Origin: Wickerhamiella versatilis
Taxonomy: Eukaryota
DNA: 64,000 nt
Direction of reading: 5' to 3'
Assembly (NCBI GenBank): GCA_030867685.1
Contig: JAQOWU010000003.1
Coordinates: forward strand, 1,178,001 to 1,242,000
Part shown: piece after piece, positions 1-10,848 of the stretch
Numbering within the stretch: the first letter of the stretch is position 1
Layout: each line of letters opens with the position of its first letter
Position numbers and translations under genes: made by a program
The notes under the pieces: model-generated
The model's input: the letters and a program-made list of their open reading frames with translations, nothing else
Told to the model about the DNA's origin: nothing
Database searches by the model: none

Positions 1-867
1 CAACCTTTACCTCCTGTAGAGCGCCATTCAAAACCAGAGCTGAATCGTGATCAGATGAAGCGGTTGATGTCTCATAAGGCCAGTTTAAATGGTAGGCGAC
101 GGGAGTCAAAGCGTTCTGATCTGGCAAATGCATCTTTCAGGGTCATTATCAATGGAAGAGTTCATAAACCATCTCTACGTAAACAGAAACTCTGGGGCAT
201 TGACCGTAGACCTTTACAACGGCTGGCCTTTGAATATCGAGATGGCTGTTGGGTCAACGGTGAGGGGCAAATAATTGAAGTAGTAGCCCAGTCCGAACAG
301 GATCGTAATGCCAGGCTTCTTGAAAACATTCAAACTGGGTACCTGAGCGATTCAGACTTCGAAGAATTTCAGTCGTCCAAAAGAACGCTACTCCCCCAGG
401 AAGAACCAGACTCTGATCTTGAGATAATTCCAAAGCACGCATTGCAGGAAGATAAAAGGGAAAATGATGAGGTATTCGACTCTGATGAGGATGAGTCTCA
501 CCAGGATCAAGCAGAGGAGTCTAAGCAGAAGCAGGTGCCAGTCAACCAGAGTGAGGTATTAAGAGATGCATTTAAGCCAGAGAGCACGCCATTTACCCTG
601 TTTTATGATGCTGAGACATTGCCAGATGCTGAACCGGCAGAGCCAGCCGAGGCTCCTCGTCCACCACAGCAAAGAAAACTAGGCTTGTTTTGGAACTACG
701 AGTCACCTTTGTTACGCTCTCAAAGCCAGGCCTTGAAGTTTCATGGCGATTTTGATCCTGATGCATGGCATGCACGCTTTTATGAAAAACGAGGAGACTA
801 CAATAGGTATCTCAAGAGAAGAAGACGGGATTTCTTGAAAAAGCAACGAAAAATGCATTCTCGCTAA
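1..867 (+). CDS. Nucleolar protein, NOP8/NOL8-like (5'-partial)
   Basis: Frame is open from base 1. It has a YRDGCWVNGEGQIIE motif, an acidic middle, and a C-terminal W..FYEKRGDYNRYLKRRRRD basic helix resembling fungal Nop8/NOL8 C-termini. Confidence 0.5.
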   Translation, partial: QPLPPVERHSKPELNRDQMKRLMSHKASLNGRRRESKRSDLANASFRVIINGRVHKPSLRKQKLWGIDRRPLQRLAFEYRDGCWVNGEGQIIEVVAQSEQDRNARLLENIQTGYLSDSDFEEFQSSKRTLLPQEEPDSDLEIIPKHALQEDKRENDEVFDSDEDESHQDQAEESKQKQVPVNQSEVLRDAFKPESTPFTLFYDAETLPDAEPAEPAEAPRPPQQRKLGLFWNYESPLLRSQSQALKFHGDFDPDAWHARFYEKRGDYNRYLKRRRRDFLKKQRKMHSR

Positions 868-949
868 TTGTTATCATCACTGAGAAGTAGACTACACTAA
901 CTTATCTCATAATTTCTTGCATTTTATTTCGAAATTTATAAACAAATAA

Positions 950-2269
950 TCAAGGGTTTTCTAAGACCCGTGTGTATTGTGTATGTTCGTTAATTGCCTT
1001 GATCATTTCGTTTCCAATCACAGATACATCTTTCAAAATATCTTTGAAATATCCTTGTGTATCTTCAAACAGCTTTTTATATGCTAGGAAGTCGCCATTT
1101 CGGACAGCGTTCGACCATGTACGAGCTGCAACAACGAATTCTATATCATCGCCGCGGTAAGCGGTGGTAGATAGTGAATCATGAAGGCAAGCATCTAGTA
1201 ACCCAGGCGTCATAAATATATACTCAGTAACTCCCAATAATATACGAAATAGCGGTGTTGAGCAAATCATATGATCGTATGGAATAATACCTGATTGATA
1301 CCAACAGTCCACAATGGCAAGAATAGACAATTGAGAATTGGGCTTTCGCACATCTGGCGTAACGTCCTTCGACAGGGAAAATTGACCTAATAGCTCGTCC
1401 GGCAGTAGCAAGGAGTGTCTTTTGTCTTTTATTACCTTTTCAAAGACAAAATCCCTTGCCTTATAAAGACGATCCCGCAAAACATCATCTTGAGCTGTTA
1501 CCATTAGTTTCATGAGGTCAGTGACTGAAGTAGCATATTGCAGTGTCTGGACGTGGGCCATAGGATTTGTGATGGCAAGGCCGGCATACACATGCCATGA
1601 ATTGCTATAGATCCTCATGGCAATATTAATTTTTGCATTCTCAAGACCACCCGTTAAACGAGCGGTTTGCCACGGGTATTGATCATTTGCACGCCAGGCT
1701 GTCCCCATACTAAGAAATGCCATATGTGTAACTGCTTGAACATCGGCTGCAATAACATCATGCTGCTGAGCAGTGAGTCGTACCACCGTGCTTCCGAAGC
1801 AGCTGAGAACATTTTCTACCATTTCTCGCGTTGTATCGCGAGCACGATGTTGTATAATAGCAAGTGGTTGGCCTCTCGGATCTACGGAAGGCCCATGCAT
1901 AGAATGAACCGTGACAATCTCGACATCACTGGGCAGGTACTTCTCAAATGCTGCTACTTCGGGTGCCTTGCAAGAGGTTTGGCCCCCGACACATGCTCCA
2001 AGCTTCGTCGAGGGGCCATAAAGTGCTACAACACGTTCGATGTTGGAAGCTTCAACGTTATAAATCGTGAAATCAGCAATACGAGAAACCTGGTGACCAT
2101 CACGCAGGATTTCGATATTTGTCTCGCGGAACTCCTCTTGAAGATCCTCATACTTCTCTGGAATATCTGCAGCTACAACTTTTACGCCAAAAGCAGCTAT
2201 ACGCGTGGCATAGAGCTTGCCCATGGCCCCCAGTCCAATGATGCCAACTATAGGTCCATGCTGTGTCAT
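950..2269 (-). CDS. TYR1: Prephenate dehydrogenase (NADP+)
   Basis: GIIGLGAMG Rossmann motif, GGQTSCKAPE, VHSMHGP, HD..A..QAVTH.AFLSMG, WHVYAGLAITNP and HMICSTPLFR are typical of fungal Tyr1. Confidence 0.95.
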   Translation of the reverse strand: MTQHGPIVGIIGLGAMGKLYATRIAAFGVKVVAADIPEKYEDLQEEFRETNIEILRDGHQVSRIADFTIYNVEASNIERVVALYGPSTKLGACVGGQTSCKAPEVAAFEKYLPSDVEIVTVHSMHGPSVDPRGQPLAIIQHRARDTTREMVENVLSCFGSTVVRLTAQQHDVIAADVQAVTHMAFLSMGTAWRANDQYPWQTARLTGGLENAKINIAMRIYSNSWHVYAGLAITNPMAHVQTLQYATSVTDLMKLMVTAQDDVLRDRLYKARDFVFEKVIKDKRHSLLLPDELLGQFSLSKDVTPDVRKPNSQLSILAIVDCWYQSGIIPYDHMICSTPLFRILLGVTEYIFMTPGLLDACLHDSLSTTAYRGDDIEFVVAARTWSNAVRNGDFLAYKKLFEDTQGYFKDILKDVSVIGNEMIKAINEHTQYTRVLENP

Positions 2270-2581
2270 TATACTTACCAGAGTAATTCATTCAGGCATG
2301 CCATATAAGATACTTGTAAAATCGAATATGTCGAAAATGCATTAAAAGAGATATATAATTCTCTAAAGATGATGTTAAATAGTGATGTTTTTTTCAATAT
2401 GACGTGGAAGTGCCGACGACAAGAATGACCATGTTGAACGAAGTATAACACGTTTTATCTACCTGTAACATTAAATAAAAGCCTTTGACTGAGAGCAACA
2501 AATATTGCTTGAATTATTCTTAGGACTCATTAGATATATAGTATCAGCTGTTTGGTTCAGGACGCTGAGTTATCAGCTGGC

Positions 2582-4561
2582 ATGTTCGACGAATGGGCTT
2601 ATGCATATGTGCCTTCAGGCGCGCCAGCTGTATCTCTTCCTGTTCCAAACTCAGCAAAATCGCCACCAGAGAATAAACAAGTGATTCAGACGTCTAAAGA
2701 TGTTCCTTTGCCAATCTTGAGACCACGCGCATCGTCAACGAGCGCTCCTACGACAAGCGATCCTGCCAAAATTTCTGGTTGCAATGAATGGCCCGGAAGT
2801 AAACCATCGGTTCTAGAATGGCTCGGTGAATATTCGCCAAGACCTTTTGATACACAATTTTTTGATGCCAAAACTGCACATCAAGCTCGATCGATTTGGA
2901 AAATAAAGGCAGCTGCCAGGCTGTGCAGCTTGCACGCAGTAGAGGCAGAAAAGCTGGCTAGTGAGGCAAATGGGCTCCGTGGAGCGTTCCAGAATCTGAG
3001 CGATAAAGCTAAGAGTCTAAGGTCAGTCGACTATCTACGGGATGATGCTTCCACATTGTTGTCAGAATTGAAAGATGTAATAGCTATTTACGATGGGCTT
3101 GATGACTCGGTAGCATTTTTATCCAGACCAGCACCACGCATTGCTAAAGACAAGCGTTTACCAGAGGTTATAGCCACCCTAAAAGCTGGAATTCAATGGT
3201 TTTCAACGCATACCAACGTTCGGGACGCAGATCTCTATGAGATGCGTTTCAGACAAAGTCTTGAACGTGCACTTAAGGTAGCGAAGTCCTCTGTTGTGCA
3301 TGTTATACGGTCCGAGGCAGCAAAACTACAACCAAGAATAGAAAAAACACAATCCGAGGGTGCCAAAGGAGCGCTCGTGTGGACAAAATGGGAACAAGAT
3401 CTCGAAGGTCAGGCTTGGCTTGTGTCTTTCGTATCAGAGGACAATAAGTTAATCCAAGATCTTCGCGCTGAATATTTCTCCCGCAGAGAAGCCTTACTGA
3501 GCCCCATTGTAGCGACCTATGCATTAGGTATCGACGTTAACGATATTATTGGCTCATTGCGTACGGTTTTAGTACATCTCAAAGATGTTTACGGTCATGA
3601 GAGACGACTCTATGCCAGTCTCTTTGGATCTGAAAGCCCGGAACTTTCGCAGTGGCTCGTAGATTTGGGCGAAGCCCTATATCTGCCGGTCAGACAATAC
3701 ATATTCAAGGAGCAGGACATCGCGCAACTGTGCTCATTGCTTGTTTTGCTACAGGGTCTCGATGATCCTCTATTTAATGGTGTCGAAAGGGACACCCAAA
3801 GGCGTATAGTCTTTCGTTGCGAGCGGCAACTGGAGAAATTTTTGTCTTATAAAATTACAGCAAAAGATTTCAATCGCGCCGAGTTTTCTCCAATCTCTGA
3901 TTCTCTCGAATTACTCCGTCAGGTATATCAGTTATTGGATCCCTCGGTATTTAATGAAATGGGCCATAGATTTCTCCAGGAAATTCTAACGTACCTTCAA
4001 AGGTCCGTTGATACTACTGATAGTGTTCCCGAACTTAAACGTCGAATCTTTCATGTGCAACAGCTTTTGAGCTTGCAGAGCCGCATCGTTGAGTTTGACC
4101 TTGAGACATACGTTGAGCCCGAAATAGACTTTTCGGGCTTGACCCAGCTTGGGAAATTGCTGTCAAGGGACATCAGCTTTCGTCAAGCTCTTGATCTTGC
4201 TTATAACTCTGTCCCAAGGGTGGTCGAGTGCCTATTTGATGCTATGGAGCTTCTTTATGCTCACATGAGAAAAGCAGTGGAGAAGCTTACGGAGGCGTTT
4301 GTATATGATGTCTGCTCTTTATTGAAGGGAGATCCTTTAGAGGCCTCAAGAAGTCTCAGGGACCGAGTAAGTGTCGAAGTAACATCCGTTAAACCTGCTC
4401 TGGAAGCTGCCCACACTGACAGCCGCATTGCGGGTGTTCTATTAGATTCCATTCAAGAAGCTGTCGTACGTCGCTATGCTGAATGGCATGTCAATAATAG
4501 TGGAGAGGGTGTTATGGACCCAGAGGCATTGGCCGCCTGGATGGGTGCCCTAAGCATTTGA
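2582..4561 (+). CDS. COG3: Conserved oligomeric Golgi complex subunit 3 (Sec34)
   Basis: DADLYEMRFRQSLERAL and DTQRRIVFR segments, helical composition and an MFDEW N-terminus. Start placed at ATG 2582 rather than the TTG in the ORF track. Confidence 0.8.
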   Translation: MFDEWAYAYVPSGAPAVSLPVPNSAKSPPENKQVIQTSKDVPLPILRPRASSTSAPTTSDPAKISGCNEWPGSKPSVLEWLGEYSPRPFDTQFFDAKTAHQARSIWKIKAAARLCSLHAVEAEKLASEANGLRGAFQNLSDKAKSLRSVDYLRDDASTLLSELKDVIAIYDGLDDSVAFLSRPAPRIAKDKRLPEVIATLKAGIQWFSTHTNVRDADLYEMRFRQSLERALKVAKSSVVHVIRSEAAKLQPRIEKTQSEGAKGALVWTKWEQDLEGQAWLVSFVSEDNKLIQDLRAEYFSRREALLSPIVATYALGIDVNDIIGSLRTVLVHLKDVYGHERRLYASLFGSESPELSQWLVDLGEALYLPVRQYIFKEQDIAQLCSLLVLLQGLDDPLFNGVERDTQRRIVFRCERQLEKFLSYKITAKDFNRAEFSPISDSLELLRQVYQLLDPSVFNEMGHRFLQEILTYLQRSVDTTDSVPELKRRIFHVQQLLSLQSRIVEFDLETYVEPEIDFSGLTQLGKLLSRDISFRQALDLAYNSVPRVVECLFDAMELLYAHMRKAVEKLTEAFVYDVCSLLKGDPLEASRSLRDRVSVEVTSVKPALEAAHTDSRIAGVLLDSIQEAVVRRYAEWHVNNSGEGVMDPEALAAWMGALSI

Positions 4562-4863
4562 ATCCACAAGCATATCAATTTGTCCAAAGAACGGATTATA
4601 ATCTTTTTTCTAGAAAAAGGAAAAAGTGTTTGCCTGTTTTGTGATCTAATATATAACTTACGACTAAAATTTCTAAAAAATTGGCGACCTCAAAAGGGAT
4701 AACCAGTATCCACACAATGCTTATCTAGTAATTAATACTGCTTAGAGAAAATGGTTCTTACGAGTACAATACTGTAATTTCACTCCACACAAATCCTTCT
4801 TTCAATATTTAATGGGCTTTGTGTTAACCTAGTAATTATAAAGTACTCCTTTCTCTCATATAT

Positions 4864-5769
4864 TTAACCCTGAGATTGATCTTTCTTTCTGTTCAACCCT
4901 GCATCCTCTTTATATCTCTCCTGCAAGGCAACAAAGTCACGATTCTCATCACCATTAGCAATACAAGACAAATAACGGTCTCGCACCATACTTGCCACGG
5001 GCTGTGGTACTGCCAAGCTACGACCTGCTTCTAGAAATAACTCAGTGTCTTTCAGAGCGAGTCCTACTCCTGGAGAGCCAGGGCTATCATAGTTGCGATC
5101 AACCATGAGTGAACCATAGTTTTTATGGACTGGAGCTGAATAGAAAGAGTTCGTCATTATTTCAAACATCTTGTGAGGGTCTAACCCAGCTTTTTCAACT
5201 GTCGAAAATACTTCAGACATTTGCTGGATAGTTGCAAAAATCATAAAATTCAAGCTCAATTTCGCAATGTTAGAAAGAACCGGATTGCTGCCTACGTAGA
5301 AAGTTCGTTGACCAATAATGTCAAATAACGCTTCGAAACCATGCGCATCACCCCCGACCACGACGAACAAGTCACCCTGTTCTGCAGCCGGTGGACGCCC
5401 CAGTACTGTAGCAGAGATGTAGCGCTGTCCTAAACTGAGATGCTTCTCATACATATCCTTGGCTAGTTGGGTAGAAATGGTGGTGCCACATATATGAGCT
5501 CCACCTTTCTTAAGAGCTGGCGCAAAGCCATATGGACCAAAGGTAATTTCATCGACTGCTTTATCATCGTAAAGCATAGTAAATACCACATCTGCCCCCT
5601 CAACGGCTTTTGCAGGGGTTTCAGCAACCTTAGCACCCTTATCCTGGAGAGGTCTTGTTTTTGCTAGACTACGATTCCATACAGTCGTATCGATTCCTGA
5701 TTTTACAAAGTTTTCAGCCATTGGGCGCCCCATATCTCCTAAACCGAGAAAGGCTACTCTCATGATCAA
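4864..5769 (-). CDS. NAD(P)-dependent beta-hydroxyacid dehydrogenase (3-hydroxyisobutyrate/6PGD NAD-binding family), bacterial-like
   Basis: VAFLGLGDMGRPMA, VWNRS, VVFTML.DD.AV, VLGRPPAA, catalytic Lys in NIAKLSLNFM, LALKD. Confidence 0.85.
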   Translation of the reverse strand: MIMRVAFLGLGDMGRPMAENFVKSGIDTTVWNRSLAKTRPLQDKGAKVAETPAKAVEGADVVFTMLYDDKAVDEITFGPYGFAPALKKGGAHICGTTISTQLAKDMYEKHLSLGQRYISATVLGRPPAAEQGDLFVVVGGDAHGFEALFDIIGQRTFYVGSNPVLSNIAKLSLNFMIFATIQQMSEVFSTVEKAGLDPHKMFEIMTNSFYSAPVHKNYGSLMVDRNYDSPGSPGVGLALKDTELFLEAGRSLAVPQPVASMVRDRYLSCIANGDENRDFVALQERYKEDAGLNRKKDQSQG

Positions 5770-5991
5770 AACTGCACCTCAAGAGATACGGAATCTAGCG
5801 ACTACTGAATGCCAAATGATGAGGTAAGATAAATATCCTACATGATGGATATTATACATATGATCTTCGCTAGAAGTAGTAGATTTGTTGCACGTTTAAT
5901 TTTCTCTACAGACAAGATTGATAAATGTTGGATTCTATAATTGCTTGTGAATTGACTAATCATAAAGGTCATCATTTATGATCTTATAAAA

Positions 5992-7455
5992 ATGAAGAAG
6001 AGAAGCCGCGACGGATGTCAAACTTGCCGAGCACGTAAGGTCAAATGTAACGAGGAGCATCCTGTTTGTAGTTCTTGCAGAAAGAAGGGCTTGGTATGTG
6101 AATATGGGATTAGGTGGAACTGGGTTCATCAGCCAGGACCCGCTTTTCATAATCCTGTTACACCTTGTAGAGGTCAAGATGTGTTTGTTCTCAATGAGGT
6201 AGAATATGACAGTGATGATTCATTGAATATCCCTGTGAAGAAGTTTAAGTTGGAAGCTGTGAAACCTCCTCAGCCACATATGCCGGCGTCACAAAGTTCT
6301 TATACTGCAATGGCAGAAAGTGCGGCACTATCACTGGCAGATCACAAGAATTCTAACAATGGATCTAGTCTATTGATCTCCTCAAACCCACCTATAAATG
6401 CCACAGATATTCAATATGCATTTGAGCATTTTGTATCCTCTACTGCACCGAACCTTGTTCCAGTGCCATACGATGATAATCCTTACATTAAGCTATTTCT
6501 CCCATTGGCACTTAATGATGTTCACATATACAAAGTATGTGCAGCTTATGGTGCTGTGAATCTTGAAAATGTTAGCGATACACGTGAAATGTACATTGCA
6601 AGCGCATTGATTGATGATTGTATATACTCCCTCAAACTGCTGGATGAAGACGATTTCACACGCACCGTTGTGGTAACTATGCTGGCCCTTATGGAGATTG
6701 ACCGTGGTAATATTGACTCATGGGTCCAGCATACTGGTGAAGCTGCTGATCTCATATCAAAGAATTCTAACTCGGTTGAGTTTTACAGTGGGGAAAATGC
6801 AGAAGTGAATTCCGTTTTGATGCGCCTGGTAGGTTATATGATCGCTTTGGGAAACATTTGTGGTCCTATGTACTTTGTCAACCTTCACACTTCCTGGTGG
6901 CCCCAATGGACTGGTTCATTAGATTATTTGACGGGATTAGATCTCAATTTTATCCCGCTTTACCGCGATACTGCATTGCTAATTCGAAGGCGTTCAGAAG
7001 CGTCCTCTTTGGGTGAGGTTGCAGATATAAATACGTCTGCGCTCAAAATACTTCAGCAGTTGAATGATTATTGGCTAGAGGAATTCTGGCCAGACTCTCA
7101 ACTCACAGCCATGTGTCTTTTATTTCAAATGGCCTTACAAGTTCATACTTTTCGACGTGTCTTGAGATTCAGCATTATCCATGGAGAGGTCAGGCGTCTT
7201 TTGGAAATTGCTCTGATAACGCTGAGTAGGTTCATACCCATTAACAGCCCTATACAAAATCATATGACGTTTATCCTCGTAACCTTGGCGTCTGAGGCGA
7301 TATCTTCTAATGATCGACAAGAACTGATTGAACGAATGCAATCGATGCAAAAATCTGGATTTATTTACAACACTTATGCAATGCACGATATACAGCGATG
7401 CTGGCAAACGGGGAAATCCCTCATAATGGAGCCTAACATGAATGTATTTTTGTAA
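5992..7455 (+). CDS. Zn(II)2Cys6 transcription factor with fungal-specific TF domain
   Basis: RSRDGCQTCRARKVKCNEEHPVCSSCRKKGLVCEY binuclear cluster, followed by a Fungal_trans_2-like region (NPY..LFLPLA, W..H..A, D.LTG). Confidence 0.92.
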   Translation: MKKRSRDGCQTCRARKVKCNEEHPVCSSCRKKGLVCEYGIRWNWVHQPGPAFHNPVTPCRGQDVFVLNEVEYDSDDSLNIPVKKFKLEAVKPPQPHMPASQSSYTAMAESAALSLADHKNSNNGSSLLISSNPPINATDIQYAFEHFVSSTAPNLVPVPYDDNPYIKLFLPLALNDVHIYKVCAAYGAVNLENVSDTREMYIASALIDDCIYSLKLLDEDDFTRTVVVTMLALMEIDRGNIDSWVQHTGEAADLISKNSNSVEFYSGENAEVNSVLMRLVGYMIALGNICGPMYFVNLHTSWWPQWTGSLDYLTGLDLNFIPLYRDTALLIRRRSEASSLGEVADINTSALKILQQLNDYWLEEFWPDSQLTAMCLLFQMALQVHTFRRVLRFSIIHGEVRRLLEIALITLSRFIPINSPIQNHMTFILVTLASEAISSNDRQELIERMQSMQKSGFIYNTYAMHDIQRCWQTGKSLIMEPNMNVFL

Positions 7456-7615
7456 TTTGACGCAGTACTGAGTCATAGCTCTCTTCATGTAATTGGCCTT
7501 GAAACGAATAGCGCTACGATAATACTATTTTTTTAACAGGTACGTCTTAGATTTTCTAATTTTTTCTCCTTTTTCTCAATTTATATGGTACCAGGCGATC
7601 GCAGTTTCGTATCAC

Positions 7616-9523
7616 TTATCTAACTGATGCTTTTAAATGTCTATCATGCTCAAAAGAATATTCAAGTTCAGTCAGTCGTTCCCTGAGGACTTCCGCTTGA
7701 CGGATTTCGCGGTCTAAACTTAGTTTTTCTTCCTCCAGCTTGAGCCTTTCATCCGCATTAAGATCGGTAAAGACGTATCCCCCATGTCCATCAAACTGAA
7801 GTATTTTTTTATGATATTTCCAAAGACTTGCACGGTGAGAGACAGAAAGCATGGTAATTCCCAACTTCTCCGCGTGGGTATATATGGCTGTCTCAGTATC
7901 TAGAGTAACTGCAGAAGTGCACTCATCGAGAATGGCAAACTTAGGCCTGTGATAAAACAAACGTGCAGCCGCCACGCGTTGTTGCATGCCCATGGAGAGG
8001 TCCTCTCGCCAATTCTTTACTGTAGACATATCGGTGGACTCTAGATTTACGCCCAAAATAAGGCAGATTTCTTTGAGTTCATCATCGGATACGGTATTCT
8101 CAGACTCTCTGGTGGGATAGATAATCTGCTCCCGCAAAGATCCTCGCGACAGATAAGGCCTCTGTGGAATATAGAACATATCTTTTTTACTTGGTCGTAC
8201 GATTTCACCGTCATGTACAGGCCACAATCCTCCTAAAATTCTAAAAAGGGAGGACTTCCCGCATCCATTAGGTCCCACTATGAGCAGGTGCTCCCCTTCA
8301 TGGACCTCGAAATCAAGAGAGGGCACCAAAATTTGGCCTGAGGGACTCATGAGAGGAACATTGTTAAATGCGATATAATTAGCTATGGTAACACGATCCA
8401 GTTCCAGAGGCGCTTTTGTCTGCGAGATTTTCTGCATGCTGTCGAGTAAGCCGTTCAACCTCGAAACTAGCCCACCCAGAGACGATATATCTTTTGTGGT
8501 TGATAGGATTCTGCCCAATGCATCACTGGAAAAGAGCAAAAGACGGCGGTTGGTCACGAATTGCTGTGAATGGTCACCAGTTCTCGTAAAAACACCCTGA
8601 GCGCAAACTGCAATGCCTAGCATGCCCCAGAAATATTTGATAACGAAGTTCTCACCAGCGATATACGCAAGCTTTTTACGAGACAGCTTTAATTGATGCT
8701 TTGCTACTCTCATATATTCCCGATCCAAAATGGCAAGCTCCCTACGCTGTCCTTTCAGAAGAGCAACCTCCTCGGCATATTCCACCAGACGTCCCAACCG
8801 AGCTCTAAACTGTCCCTCCAGCTCAGCCTCTTGTGCAACGTACTTACCAAAAGACGGTGAGGAATATCTCAGCAGGGCAGAGCTTAATTCAACGACCACT
8901 CCCATCATCAGCACAATATCACCTCTGATTGTCTTCATCAGGGAATAAGTGTAGATAATAATGTCGACTGTTGGTTTGGACAGGTTTGCAAAGATGCTGG
9001 TAAGTAATTCTGTTATTTTTGATACGTCCGACGTCATGATCTCGTCCACAAGCGGGTCCTCAAGTGAATAATAAACTGCATGGCCATCAGATGGAAGATA
9101 GCGGCGTAGTAGTGCATTAAAGAGATTCGACCTCCACCTCAACGCTAGCAACCGCTGTACATATTTGAGCATTGCATTTGTGACAGAAGCTGGAATCCCT
9201 AGCAAGAGCCAAAATGCCACAAGTCTTAAGAACTCATTCTTGCTACGACGAATCATCGCACTGATAATTTCACCATCGAGATAGGCAACACGTAGAGAAA
9301 TGTAGGATCGAGTACCGAACAGCAATGTTTCTAAAAGCAAGAGTGCCATCTCAGGGCTGCAAACGCCATCAGGCATTGCGAGACGCACAATTCTGGAAAG
9401 TCGCTGTACATATTTGGTTTGAGACTCTAGCTTCCGTACTAGTGTTTTCCTTGTACCCCACACAAGCGCTCCTGTCAATACGGCACCACCAATTATCACT
9501 CCCTTCCGTCTTGACGATGCCAT
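7616..9523 (-). CDS. PXA2: Peroxisomal half-size ABC transporter (ABCD) for long-chain acyl-CoA
   Basis: Walker A GPNGCGKSS, LSMGMQQR signature, ILDECTSAV, and an EAA-like EEVALLKG. The FVTNRRLLL.SSDALGR segment favours the Pxa2 type over Pxa1. Confidence 0.8.
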   Translation of the reverse strand: MASSRRKGVIIGGAVLTGALVWGTRKTLVRKLESQTKYVQRLSRIVRLAMPDGVCSPEMALLLLETLLFGTRSYISLRVAYLDGEIISAMIRRSKNEFLRLVAFWLLLGIPASVTNAMLKYVQRLLALRWRSNLFNALLRRYLPSDGHAVYYSLEDPLVDEIMTSDVSKITELLTSIFANLSKPTVDIIIYTYSLMKTIRGDIVLMMGVVVELSSALLRYSSPSFGKYVAQEAELEGQFRARLGRLVEYAEEVALLKGQRRELAILDREYMRVAKHQLKLSRKKLAYIAGENFVIKYFWGMLGIAVCAQGVFTRTGDHSQQFVTNRRLLLFSSDALGRILSTTKDISSLGGLVSRLNGLLDSMQKISQTKAPLELDRVTIANYIAFNNVPLMSPSGQILVPSLDFEVHEGEHLLIVGPNGCGKSSLFRILGGLWPVHDGEIVRPSKKDMFYIPQRPYLSRGSLREQIIYPTRESENTVSDDELKEICLILGVNLESTDMSTVKNWREDLSMGMQQRVAAARLFYHRPKFAILDECTSAVTLDTETAIYTHAEKLGITMLSVSHRASLWKYHKKILQFDGHGGYVFTDLNADERLKLEEEKLSLDREIRQAEVLRERLTELEYSFEHDRHLKASVR

Positions 9524-9680
9524 ACAGCTGACAAACCCGTTGCGGAGAAAGAGTCTTACTTTTCATAGTCTACTGACTGGCAATTTATAAAAAGAGAGAA
9601 ATTTGCTAATAGTATCCACAATCAGTTTACCTATTCACAAAAATATAGCAATACTTATAGTCATAACTCCGTCTATACCA

Positions 9681-10532
9681 TCACAATTTGGCGGTTTCCC
9701 CGGGGCCTTGAACCACGTTAACCATGGCCTTTCCATCGGGACCACGACGAACACCAAGCTCGAGCAGCTTCCCGAACGCCTTTGCGAAATGGTCAAAGAA
9801 AAGATTTTTATCGTTGGCATATGCTTCGACCCACTTTCGGAAGGATGGATCCGACAAAAGAGCCATGTCAGTAGGAAGCATCATAAGCTCCTTATCAGAG
9901 TCATAATACTGAGGCATTCCCGCAGGGGACGTACCCTTATGCCAATCCTCATTGATGAGCAGCTTGAAGAAAGTGTTGGAAAATCTCGTGGGGGTTGGAA
10001 CCCAAGGGCCATCGAATCCACTTCGATTGGCATGCGTTCGTCCTAGATTGTGTGCACCTATGAGAGCCACAATCTCCTGGTCGTTGAATCCCATGCGATA
10101 GAAGATATCCCGAATGTGTGGTGACCCTTTAGCACCGTCCGGTAATCTTCCATTGGGTGGAACATTCTTGTCATCAACGTAGTCGACTCTTCCAGGGCGC
10201 CACTGCACATGGGGACCACCCATAGCTTCCAACGCCACCACACCGGCCAGGGTCCACAGGTCTGCATATGTGATCCATGGGAATTTTGCTTTTATTGGCT
10301 CTAAAAAGGCTCGAGCACACTCGAGCCCAGCATTTGCACCATCCTCGGCCTCTTTGTTGTAGCGCATGGTTGCTCCATTTGAACCCCCGGTCTTTGTTTT
10401 TTTGTCAAACGTTCCCGAGGCATGCCACGAAAGCCGCAGGATCACTGGACCCTTACTTCCATCATCGTACTCCTCATCTGGAAGTATATCACGAATTGCT
10501 TGAGCTACCGCCGCATAATCTCCTTCACTCAT
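9681..10532 (-). CDS. Class I heme peroxidase (cytochrome c peroxidase-like, CCP2 type) with PTS1
   Basis: Distal RLSWHASG, proximal [15 protein letters not shown] and LMMLPTD. No mitochondrial presequence; C-terminal -AKL. Confidence 0.92.
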   Translation of the reverse strand: MSEGDYAAVAQAIRDILPDEEYDDGSKGPVILRLSWHASGTFDKKTKTGGSNGATMRYNKEAEDGANAGLECARAFLEPIKAKFPWITYADLWTLAGVVALEAMGGPHVQWRPGRVDYVDDKNVPPNGRLPDGAKGSPHIRDIFYRMGFNDQEIVALIGAHNLGRTHANRSGFDGPWVPTPTRFSNTFFKLLINEDWHKGTSPAGMPQYYDSDKELMMLPTDMALLSDPSFRKWVEAYANDKNLFFDHFAKAFGKLLELGVRRGPDGKAMVNVVQGPGETAKL

Positions 10533-10848
10533 TTATTCGGTCGTGAAGAACAAATTAGAAAACAGGGAATTAGTTAACTTCCCACACCGGGTAAGGTAAG
10601 GGAAGGGAATCGTTGCGGGGTTGATCGCCACGTAATCGAACTCCACTTCTTACTCAGTTCAGGAATTTCCGGCTTTCGATTGCCAGGATCAGGTCATCAG
10701 GTGACAGAATGGTTAATTAATTGGTGCAAATACTAATTTCTCGTGGCAACAAAAGGCTAACTAGATTCTAAAGGCTCCGCCAATGGAGGTTACTTTTATA
10801 GAAGTAGGTTCTCTCTTCCTATATCAGTATCGGTGTTGTGACTATTAT

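Noticed and set aside
2249-2292. Possible 31-nt intron at the TYR1 5' end (minus strand ATGAATTACTCTG|GTAAGT...TATAG), which would splice in frame to MNYSVGIIG
   Set aside because: Very short, with no clear branch-point consensus, and the unspliced ATG at 2269 already gives a complete protein. The same bases read ATACTTACC on the plus strand, but no U1 snRNA structure follows.
1667-2308. 213-aa plus-strand ORF and the many other overlapping ORFs in the track
   Set aside because: They are antisense or alternate-frame shadows of well-supported genes and show no recognisable motifs.
5816-5950. ATGATGA C-box-like motif suggesting a C/D snoRNA
   Set aside because: No suitably placed CTGA D-box or terminal stem; it lies in a short divergent promoter.
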